This document shows, one piece after another, positions 18,920 to 26,661 of a stretch of 35,857 nt of DNA. The DNA lies in contig JARRQQ010000001.1 in assembly GCA_037381725.1 (NCBI GenBank), positions 1 to 35,857 on the forward strand, given 5' to 3'. The stretch is from Sedimentisphaerales bacterium (GTDB lineage: Bacteria; Planctomycetota; Phycisphaerae; Sedimentisphaerales; Anaerobacaceae). How positions within the stretch are numbered: the stretch's first letter is position 1; each line of letters opens with the position of its first letter. The translations under genes were made by a program, and so were the position numbers. The notes below the pieces were generated by a model, which saw only the letters and a program-made list of their open reading frames with translations, had not been told where the DNA came from and searched no databases.

Positions 18920-20956
18920 ATGACGCAGACAAAACAGATTGCCAACCAAACCGTAACCTTCCATTGCCATAACACGATCATCGTCGGCTCCGGCGCCGCG
19001 GGTATGAACTGCGCCGTGCATCTGTGCGAGTTCATGGAGCAGAAAGGCGTCGCAAATCCCGCCGAGAGGATCGCTGTCGTCACCGCCGGGCTGGGACTGG
19101 GCGCCTCGCGGATGAGCGGCTCGGACAAGCAGACGTATTACAAGATCGGCACCAGCCCGGACGTTCCCGACAGCGCGGAGGAGTTTGCCAAGAGCCTCAC
19201 CGCCGCGGGTTGTTGTCACGGCGATTCGGCATTGATTGAGGCCATCGGCTCGCTGCGCGAATTTTACCACCTGGTCCAGGTGGGCGTGCCATTCCCCACG
19301 GATTCGATGGGAACCTTTATCGGCTACAAGACCGACCACGACCCGTTCGAGAGAGCGACGTCGGCCGGACCGAAAACCAGCCGGTTCATGAGCGAGTGCT
19401 TGCAAAAGCAGCTCGGACGCTATGGCGTCAGCATTTACGATCAACAGGAAGCTGCGCGCTTGCTAACACTCGGCTCTGGCAAAGACAAGCGCATTGGCGG
19501 CATTGTCACGATAGACAAGAATCGTCTCGCCGAATCGGACGATGCCGTCAACGTGTTCCTGGCCTCCAATATCGTCCTTGCCGCCGGCGGGCCGGGCGAG
19601 CTGTTCAAAACCAGCGTTTACCCCAGGGACCAGTTGGGTATCCACGGACTTGCTTTCAAAGCGGGGCTGATCGGGGCGAACCTGACCGAATCGCAGTTCG
19701 GCCTGGCGAGCATCAAGTTTCGTTGGAACGTCTCGGGCACGTATATGCAGGCGGTGCCGCGACTTTTCAGCACCGACGCCGACGGCCAGGACGAGCAGGA
19801 GTTTCTCACGGGCTTCTTCCCCTCGATGAGCAAGATGGCCACGAACATCTTTCTCAAGGGGTATCAGTGGCCCTTCGATCCGCAGAAGATCGAGAACCTG
19901 CAATCCTCGTTGATCGACATCTTAGTCTTCAACGAAACGCAAAAGGGCCGGCGGGTTTATATGGACTTTCTCCACAATCCCGTTGGTAGTGATTCGATGG
20001 AGGAATTCGACATCGACAAGCTCGAACCGGAGGCCAAAGAGTACCTCAAGAAAGCCGGAGCGCTGCAAAAGACGCCCATCGAACGGCTGGCCCACATGAA
20101 TCCTCCCGCTATCGAAATCTACAAAGAGAACGGCATCGACCTGTACTCAGAACCGCTTGAGATCGCGGTCTGCGCGCAGCACAACAATGGCGGCTTCGCC
20201 GTGAACAAGTGGTGGCAATCCAATATCCCGCAGACGTTTGTCATCGGTGAAATGGCGGGCACGCACGGTGTCAAGCGGCCGGGCGGCTCGGCCCTCAACG
20301 CCGGCCAGACCGGCGGGCTTCGTGCCGCCGAATATATCGTCAACGTGTGCGGCTGCGAAGTACCGGATTATTCGGGCAAACAATCCGAGATCGACCAGCA
20401 AATCAGCGAGTGTATCGCCGGCATCGAACAGCATAAAGGCTCGTCCGGCTTGCCGGCCACAAACGTTTTGGAGCAGATCCGAAGCCGAATGACCGCCTCC
20501 GGGGGACATATCCGGGAATTCAAGGACGCTCAACGAGCATTAGAAGAAGCTGTGAAGCTTTACAAAGGCATCAAAGCCAAGGGCGTGTCTTCAACAGGCG
20601 CCAAAGGCCTTGTTGCCGCGATACAAGCTGAGCATCTGGCGCTGACCAGCGTGGCTTATCTCAAGGCCGTGGTGGAATTGCTCGGTCAGGGCAGCGGATC
20701 GCGCGGCTCGCATCTTGTGCTGGCCGAAGACGGCGTTGAAATCCACCCCGACGTGATCGACAAAGCGACCGGTAAACCACTAAAGTTCAAGCCCGAGAAC
20801 CAGTCGCTGAGGAATTCAATCCTGCAGATCGAATGCGATGAGAGTTCACCTGATCTGTTTCGCAGCACAACTGTTGAGCTGAGGCCGGCGCCGAAAGACC
20901 GCAAAGCGTTCGAGCCGGCCTGGCAGGATTATCGAGAAGGAAAGATTTACGGCTAA
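18920..20956 (+). CDS. Large FAD-binding protein of the succinate dehydrogenase/fumarate reductase/L-aspartate oxidase flavoprotein superfamily
   Basis: ATG at 18920 after GGGAGAAAGAG. N-terminal IIVGSGAAGMNCA (GxGxxG). Late GEMAGTHGVKRPGGSALNAGQTGG resembles the GE..G.HGANRLGGNSL segment of FrdA/SdhA/NadB. No signal peptide. Confidence 0.72.
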   Translation: MTQTKQIANQTVTFHCHNTIIVGSGAAGMNCAVHLCEFMEQKGVANPAERIAVVTAGLGLGASRMSGSDKQTYYKIGTSPDVPDSAEEFAKSLTAAGCCHGDSALIEAIGSLREFYHLVQVGVPFPTDSMGTFIGYKTDHDPFERATSAGPKTSRFMSECLQKQLGRYGVSIYDQQEAARLLTLGSGKDKRIGGIVTIDKNRLAESDDAVNVFLASNIVLAAGGPGELFKTSVYPRDQLGIHGLAFKAGLIGANLTESQFGLASIKFRWNVSGTYMQAVPRLFSTDADGQDEQEFLTGFFPSMSKMATNIFLKGYQWPFDPQKIENLQSSLIDILVFNETQKGRRVYMDFLHNPVGSDSMEEFDIDKLEPEAKEYLKKAGALQKTPIERLAHMNPPAIEIYKENGIDLYSEPLEIAVCAQHNNGGFAVNKWWQSNIPQTFVIGEMAGTHGVKRPGGSALNAGQTGGLRAAEYIVNVCGCEVPDYSGKQSEIDQQISECIAGIEQHKGSSGLPATNVLEQIRSRMTASGGHIREFKDAQRALEEAVKLYKGIKAKGVSSTGAKGLVAAIQAEHLALTSVAYLKAVVELLGQGSGSRGSHLVLAEDGVEIHPDVIDKATGKPLKFKPENQSLRNSILQIECDESSPDLFRSTTVELRPAPKDRKAFEPAWQDYREGKIYG

Positions 20957-20980
20957 CGTGAGTCGGCAGGGAGGACGCCC

Positions 20981-22081
20981 ATGACAGCAATCGAGATCAA
21001 ACCTGGGTCACAATGCAAATACGATATCGTCTCGCTGGGCGAGATTATGATCCGCCTGGACCCGGGTGAGGAGAGAATCCACACAACCCGGCATTTTCGT
21101 GCGTGGGAAGGCGGCGGCGAGTACAACGTCGCCCGAGGTCTCAAGCGATGTTTCGGCAAGCGGGCCGCGGTTGTTACCGCGCTGGTGAATAATCCTGTCG
21201 GGCGATTGCTCGAGGACTTGATCTATCAAGGCGGCGTCAGTATGGAGTACGTCAAATGGGTGCCGTACGACGGGATCGGCCGGAAGGTCAGGATCGGCTT
21301 GAACTTCACCGAACGCGGCTTCGGCGTTCGGGCCGCCGTGGGTTGCTCGGACCGTGCTAATAGCGCCGCGTCCCAGTTGAAGAAAGGAGACATCAACTGG
21401 GAGAGAATCTTCGGACAGGACGGGACTCGTTGGTTCCATACGGGCGGGATATTCGCGGGCTTGTCCGAAACGACGCCGGACGTAATCCTTGAAGCCGTGA
21501 AAACCGCAAAAGAACACGGCACAATCGTCTCCTACGATTTGAACTATCGCAAGTCGCTCTGGCAGGATATTGGAGGGCAAGAAAAAGCCAGGCAGGTTAA
21601 CCGGGCCATTGCTCCCTACGTGGACGTGATGTTAGGCAACGAGGAGGATTTCACGGCGGCCCTCGGATTCGAGGTCAAGGGCATGGACAAAGGCTATTCG
21701 AAGCTCGATCCCGCGAATTTCAAGAAGATGATCGTCGAGGTGGTCAAGGAATTTCCCAACGTGAAGGCCGTTGCCACGACGCTGCGAAACGCTAAGACAG
21801 CCTCGGTCAACGACTGGGGGGCGATTCTGTATACGCAGGGCGAATTCCACGAAGCGACCCTGAGGCCCGATCTGGAAATCTACGACCGGGTCGGAGGCGG
21901 TGACAGCTTTGCCTCCGGCCTGATCTACGGCTTGATGGAAGGCAAGACGCCGGCAGAGGCCGTCAACTACGGCGCCGCTCACGGCGCCCTGGCCATGACC
22001 ACACCGGGCGACACAACCACAGCCAGCCTGCGCGAGGTCGAAAGGGTCATGGGAGGCAGCGGCGCCAGAGTCGATCGATAG
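20981..22081 (+). CDS. PfkB-family sugar kinase (2-dehydro-3-deoxygluconokinase-like)
   Basis: N-terminal IVSLGEIMIRL, GGGEYNVA, and C-terminal DRVGGGDSFASGLIYGL (PfkB signature 2). GGGAGGA lies upstream of the ATG. Confidence 0.85.
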   Translation: MTAIEIKPGSQCKYDIVSLGEIMIRLDPGEERIHTTRHFRAWEGGGEYNVARGLKRCFGKRAAVVTALVNNPVGRLLEDLIYQGGVSMEYVKWVPYDGIGRKVRIGLNFTERGFGVRAAVGCSDRANSAASQLKKGDINWERIFGQDGTRWFHTGGIFAGLSETTPDVILEAVKTAKEHGTIVSYDLNYRKSLWQDIGGQEKARQVNRAIAPYVDVMLGNEEDFTAALGFEVKGMDKGYSKLDPANFKKMIVEVVKEFPNVKAVATTLRNAKTASVNDWGAILYTQGEFHEATLRPDLEIYDRVGGGDSFASGLIYGLMEGKTPAEAVNYGAAHGALAMTTPGDTTTASLREVERVMGGSGARVDR

Positions 22082-22111
22082 GTCCGGCATAACACGGGCG
22101 GAAAGGGATTC

Positions 22112-23194
22112 ATGATTGTTCAAGCGGTCAAGTGGATTGGCGGCATTGACGGGTATTTGGAGCTGGTCGATCAGCGTCGGCTGCCGGTAGAGTTCGTGAT
22201 GCTGCATTGCCGCGATGTCGAGGTTCTTTTTGATGCGATCAGAACACTTGCCGTTCGCGGCGCCCCAGCCATCGGAGTTTCCGCTGCCTACGGTCTTGTC
22301 CTCGGCCTGCAAAAGCTGGACGCAAATGATGATGCCAAAAAGGCGTTGGAATCGCTCACAAAAGCCCGTGAATATTTGGCCTCGTCCCGCCCTACAGCGG
22401 TGAATTTGTTCTGGGCGTTGGATAGGATGCAAAAAAAGGCGGAGGAAGTGTCGCGGGCATCCTGCCCGCGATCCGAGGGCGAGACGCCCTCGACACTACA
22501 GGCATTTCGAGAGGCGGTTTTGGCAGAGGCCGAAGCCATCCACCAGGAAGACGTGGATATGTGCCGGCGAATCGGTGAAATCGGTCAGAAGTTTATCGAA
22601 GAGGGCGCCGGGGTCCTAACACATTGCAACGCCGGAGCGCTGGCGACGGGGGGGCAGGGAACGGCTCTTTCAGTACTGTTTGAAGCACACAAGAAGGGCA
22701 GGAAGTTCAGAGTCTACGCCGATGAGACTCGGCCGTTGTTGCAAGGTGCTCGATTGACGGCCTGGGAGTTGCAGCAAGCGGGAATAGACGTGACGGTCAT
22801 TTGTGACAATATGGCGGGGTGGCTGATGAAAGAGGGAAAGGTCAATGCCGTGATCGTGGGCGCCGACCGCATCGCGGCCAATGGCGATACGGCCAACAAG
22901 ATCGGTACTTACAGCCTGAGCATTCTTGCCCGCGAGCATGGCGTGCCGTTTTATATCGCGGCGCCCTCCAGCACGTTCGACCTCAGCATCGAAAGCGGGG
23001 CCGAGATACCTATCGAGCAACGGAACCCTGAGGAAGTGACCTCATTTGGTAATACCCAAACTGCTCCCACGGGTGTCAACGTGTACAATCCCGCGTTCGA
23101 CGTGACCGAAGCGCGCGACATCACCGCCATTATCACCGAACGAGGCGTCATCGAAAAACCCGATGCCGAGCGGGTCTCCAACCATCTTGCTTGA
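22112..23194 (+). CDS. mtnA: S-methyl-5-thioribose-1-phosphate isomerase (eIF-2B alpha/beta/delta-like)
   Basis: RPTAVNLFWALDRM, THCNAGALAT, VYADETRPLLQGARLTAWEL, VGADRIAANGDTANKIGTY and NPAFDVT motifs. Confidence 0.88.
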   Translation: MIVQAVKWIGGIDGYLELVDQRRLPVEFVMLHCRDVEVLFDAIRTLAVRGAPAIGVSAAYGLVLGLQKLDANDDAKKALESLTKAREYLASSRPTAVNLFWALDRMQKKAEEVSRASCPRSEGETPSTLQAFREAVLAEAEAIHQEDVDMCRRIGEIGQKFIEEGAGVLTHCNAGALATGGQGTALSVLFEAHKKGRKFRVYADETRPLLQGARLTAWELQQAGIDVTVICDNMAGWLMKEGKVNAVIVGADRIAANGDTANKIGTYSLSILAREHGVPFYIAAPSSTFDLSIESGAEIPIEQRNPEEVTSFGNTQTAPTGVNVYNPAFDVTEARDITAIITERGVIEKPDAERVSNHLA

Positions 23195-23242
23195 ATGAAA
23201 GGGGCTCCCTCCTCGCCCAGCCTTCATACGTACGTGGTTCGT

Positions 23243-24022
23243 CTACAGCGTCCTTCTTCTGCGCAGCCAACTGACGATACCCGCGCCGAGACTACCCAAG
23301 AAAATGGCTCCGGGAGCGGGCACAGCCGCGGTCGGCTCGACCTCAAACGTGCCGGAGAATAGCGCCCAGCCGGAGGCGGACGAATACTCCGACCCGTCAA
23401 AGACAGACAACTTGCTGTGCGTCCGCACGAGATCCAAGTCGGCCTGGCTCTCAGCGTAGAGGCTGCTGTCGAAGCCCGCCGTCGCGAACGCGGAGATGGG
23501 GTGGTCGACCAGGTGCTGGCGAAGGTCGTAGTACCCGTCGCTCCCGGCGAGGGCCTCAGCGTATCCCTCGCCGGCGTTGTCCAGCCACGATACTCCGCTA
23601 GAGCTCATCTGCCCTTTCATTCCCGAGGAGAATTGGCCTTGGTAGGTGACTGCAGTTGTGTAGACCATCCAACCCACCGTGTACTTCTCGCCGGGGACCA
23701 GGTCGGTATAGGTCCGGCTCATCTGCCAGTCGATGGTCTGTTGTGAATCGCCGGTTAGCCCTGAGATGTTTATTTCCTGCTCCCACGTATCGACCCAAGT
23801 CGAATCGCAGTTGGAAATGCCGAAGGAGGCGTAGTAGTAGCCGGTGTCATCCACGTCCAGGTCTTCGGCTGAGACGGTTCCCGAAACATCAAAGGTGAAA
23901 GTAACCGGGCCGGTCGGCGCCGTTGGCGAAGCCGAGGCGAGATTCTGCCCCAGAGCCAGCAAAAGGCAAAGTGACGTTGTGGTGAACAGAGCGGCCGATT
24001 TCATTTGCTGTTGACGGGTCAT
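23243..24022 (-). CDS. PEP-CTERM sorting-domain secreted protein, function unknown
   Basis: N-terminal signal peptide. C-terminus VPAPGAIFLGSLGAGIVSWLRRRRTL matches the PEP-CTERM variant motif + TM helix + Arg cluster. The second Met at 24004 is an alternative start. Confidence 0.8.
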   Translation of the reverse strand: MTRQQQMKSAALFTTTSLCLLLALGQNLASASPTAPTGPVTFTFDVSGTVSAEDLDVDDTGYYYASFGISNCDSTWVDTWEQEINISGLTGDSQQTIDWQMSRTYTDLVPGEKYTVGWMVYTTAVTYQGQFSSGMKGQMSSSGVSWLDNAGEGYAEALAGSDGYYDLRQHLVDHPISAFATAGFDSSLYAESQADLDLVRTHSKLSVFDGSEYSSASGWALFSGTFEVEPTAAVPAPGAIFLGSLGAGIVSWLRRRRTL

Positions 24023-24381
24023 CGGTGGTCAGTCCTTTCTTTGAGTCTGTTTTCCTTTGTGCCGGACGGAGAATTTCAGCAGAGCATACCTCATCCGTCT
24101 CGTGGACTTCCCTTTGGGCGGCAATGATGCCGCTTATCCCGATCCCTAATGTTGTATCGGTAGACGATGCCCAAAAAGTTGAGCCAAACTTCGCGTATTC
24201 CCCTTCTTGCTCATTGTTATCTTTGCTATGATGCCTAGACTAACTTTGCGAAGCTCTTACCGAGCCTGTATCGGGCAGCCGGGTTGCCGGCGAAGAAAAG
24301 CGCAGAGAGCGCGATCGGTCGCGGTCCGGGATCGGCACGACGCATCTTAACGTAACGATGTTCTCCGCGTGATTCGAGTGA

Positions 24382-24807
24382 CTACTGGAGCTTGCTTTGC
24401 AGTTCGGTAATGGCCTGCTGAGCCTGCTGCAACTGGCTTTGCAGATCGCTGACCTTCTGCGTCTCGGCCTTTAGCTCTTTGCTGAGGTTTTCCATCAGGG
24501 TCTGAGCCGTCTGGGCCTCGGCCAGCGCCGCCTCGCGCAATTTGGCCAGCTCGTCCTCGCGCTGTTGCAGCGCGTCGCGGATTTTCATGAATTCATCCAC
24601 CTGTTGCTGCAACTGGCCCGGCACGCCCGCCTCAGCGGTCTGGGCTTTCTGAAGGGCCGCCACCCGTGACTGGAGATAGTCTCTCTCACGCTCGATCTGC
24701 TCCAGCCTCGCCTTCGTGCGTGTAAACTCGGCTCTGTCGCAGCAGCCCGTCAGGACCGGGGAAACGAACAGCGCGATCAGGCACGCAAGAACCACCTTCT
24801 GTTTCAT
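24382..24807 (-). CDS. Coiled-coil lipoprotein, function unknown
   Basis: Signal peptide ending in lipobox VLTGC. The rest is a Q/E/A/L-rich heptad-like helix. 141 aa. Confidence 0.7.
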   Translation of the reverse strand: MKQKVVLACLIALFVSPVLTGCCDRAEFTRTKARLEQIERERDYLQSRVAALQKAQTAEAGVPGQLQQQVDEFMKIRDALQQREDELAKLREAALAEAQTAQTLMENLSKELKAETQKVSDLQSQLQQAQQAITELQSKLQ

Positions 24808-24848
24808 CGTGTCACTCCTAACTCTCTTTGCTTGGAAGAGAAGAACCG

Positions 24849-24870
24849 GGAAAGCACATATCTGCTTTCC
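24849..24870. repeat. Perfect 8-6-8 inverted repeat GGAAAGCA-catatc-TGCTTTCC
   Basis: Read directly. Lies about 40 nt upstream of the coiled-coil lipoprotein start in the divergent intergenic region. Confidence 0.5.
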
Positions 24871-24923
24871 AAAAAGTCTGTCTGACTTTCAGTACTTCAA
24901 GACTTAAATCTTGCTTGCGTAAG

Positions 24924-24956
24924 GGAAAGTGCCGACCGGCATCCTGCGGACTTTCC
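24924..24956. repeat. Inverted repeat GGAAAGT-19 nt-ACTTTCC with the same GGAAAG/CTTTCC arms as the 24849 element
   Basis: Read directly. 7-bp arms, second copy of the arm motif 75 nt from the first. Confidence 0.45.
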
Positions 24957-25402
24957 ACCACCACTCCTGACTTCATGATAACAAATTGAACTCGAAAATC
25001 AAGGAAAAAAGCTCGCGCCGGGCGACCTGTCCTTCTGCTTTTGAGCTTCCGGGTTGGCTCAGAAGAAGGGCCCCCACACCCAGGAAAGGAGGTCTGAAGA
25101 CTATAGGGGCCCGGTGGACTGTGATCTCACACAGGTACGAATACAAGTTAGGTATACGATAATCGCCGAACCGGGTCAATTGTGGTGACTACGTATTTTC
25201 CTTGAGAAACACCCAGGAAGAGTCCATTTGGCTGTCTTTGAAAATGGATAACATGGGTATCTTAGGAAAGCTATCTTCACAACTAACAGACGACAAGAAA
25301 AGGACTTATGGAGAATCTGCTAATTCTGGGTTAGGCTGATTTCGAGTGGTTCAACGGCCGGGAGACTTTTCAAAAGTTCGAGCGATTCGCGAAAAATCTG
25401 GT

Positions 25403-26182
25403 ATGATCCGCGTAGTGAAAAGGGGATTTGCTGTGGCAAAGACGAACGGACAACCGGCGGGCGGCACGATTTGCAGCGGCCGCCGGGAATCGGGCGCGGC
25501 GGTGGTAGCGGCCTTTACATTGATCGAGCTGTTGGTCGTGATCGCCATTATCGCGTTGCTGATGGGCATCTTGTTCCCCGTCCTGCGCAGGGCACGTGAG
25601 CAGGGCAAAGACGTCGTCTGCCGGAATAATCTGCGTCAGATCGGCTTGGCCGCCAATTTCTATGCCGGTGACAACGGCCTATTCATTCCCCGCTCAGCAG
25701 AATGGGGCGGTGATATCAAACCCTGGTTCCAGCTTTTCATGCCTTACCTGGCACAAAAGGCGATCAACGATGACTATCGCACCGTCAAGATATTTCGCTG
25801 CCCCAGCTATCCAGATAAGGAGCAGACGGTGTGTTTCGTTGTGAACGGCTGGAGTAATGAGAACAACAACGGTTGGGGCATGCAGCGCACACCGACGAAG
25901 CTGACCGATTGTCGCCGCCCCGGCCGGACACTCTACCTCGCGGATAACGAGGACGGTCCCTGGCGGACGATTATCAAGATGGCCACCGACCGGGACGTCA
26001 CGCGGTGCGACGTTTTCCGCCCGAGTCACCTGCCCGATTCGGACAATCAAGACATCACCAACGGCCGGCGCGTCGCACGCGCCCGGCACAAAACGGGCTG
26101 CAACGTGCTTTATCTCGACTGGCACGTCGCCTGGATGGCCGCCGACGACATGACCCCCGAAATGTGGCGATTCGACGATTAA
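25403..26182 (+). CDS. DUF1559-type protein with prepilin-type N-terminal cleavage/methylation domain (type II secretion pseudopilin-like)
   Basis: [25 protein letters not shown] class-III signal region. C-terminal [14 protein letters not shown] corresponds to the H-X9-DG motif but with DW. Start uncertain: GTG 25346, ATG 25403, or GTG 25433 after AAAGGGGA. Confidence 0.8.
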   Translation: MIRVVKRGFAVAKTNGQPAGGTICSGRRESGAAVVAAFTLIELLVVIAIIALLMGILFPVLRRAREQGKDVVCRNNLRQIGLAANFYAGDNGLFIPRSAEWGGDIKPWFQLFMPYLAQKAINDDYRTVKIFRCPSYPDKEQTVCFVVNGWSNENNNGWGMQRTPTKLTDCRRPGRTLYLADNEDGPWRTIIKMATDRDVTRCDVFRPSHLPDSDNQDITNGRRVARARHKTGCNVLYLDWHVAWMAADDMTPEMWRFDD

Positions 26183-26201
26183 CACCAGAATTGAAATCAG
26201 G

Positions 26202-26609
26202 TTGTTTCGTTCCGAAATAGCTTGTCGAAGAAGTGGCACCCAAACTGCCGTCTGGACCGATCTTGTCGGGTCATATCTTGGCTCTAACATGAATAAATGG
26301 GTGTCGACGCGCCCGACGAAAGACAGCCCGTGGGGTGAACCGGGGAATCTCGGACCACCGATTAACACGTCGCCTAACGAGGATAAGGATGACTTGATAC
26401 GACGCGGCGGCGGCTTGAAGAGGATGCAACGGCATTCAGAGGCCGTGAGCACGCCGGAGGCGGGCTTGGCTGAAGGTTTTGGTCGAGAGACTTTTGGCGA
26501 TCAGGACACTTTCGATGACTATGATCTACTTGTCCACGATTTCGTATGTCTTGTCACCGATGAACTGGATGTCTCCCTTGAGTCCTTTGGCCGTTTGACA
26601 TCCGGCTAG
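26202..26609 (+). pseudogene. Possible remnant of a TolB/PD40-like beta-propeller repeat protein (or a spurious ORF)
   Basis: Only about 25 aa (TKDSPWGEPGNLGPPINTSPNED) resemble the W-G-x-P-x-N-L-G-x-x-I-N-S repeat. There is no signal peptide and no further repeats. The other frames are closed. The 3' end overlaps the entericidin-like gene on the opposite strand. Confidence 0.25.
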
Positions 26610-26660
26610 AGACACCGCAGCAATAATCACGGCCAGTAATATAAGCATTCCCTTAGCCAT
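26526..26660 (-). CDS. Entericidin EcnA/B-family small lipoprotein (44 aa; below the ORF-track length cutoff)
   Basis: Hand translation gives MAKGMLILLAVIIAAVSLAGCQTAKGLKGDIQFIGDKTYEIVDK. Lipobox LAGC followed by Q-T-A-K-G-L-x-G-D-I parallels E. coli EcnA LTGC-NTARGFGEDI. The ATG is 1 nt after the MltA stop, with AAGGGAA upstream. Confidence 0.7.
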   Translation of the reverse strand: MAKGMLILLAVIIAAVSLAGCQTAKGLKGDIQFIGDKTYEIVDK

Positions 26661-26661
26661 T

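Noticed and set aside
24948-24956. Minus-strand GGAAAGUCC, identical to the RNase P RNA CR-I core
   Set aside because: It is simply the 3' arm of the local GGAAAGT/ACTTTCC inverted repeat. No ACAGAA...GGCUUA partner exists, and a full RNase P RNA from here would run into the coiled-coil lipoprotein CDS.
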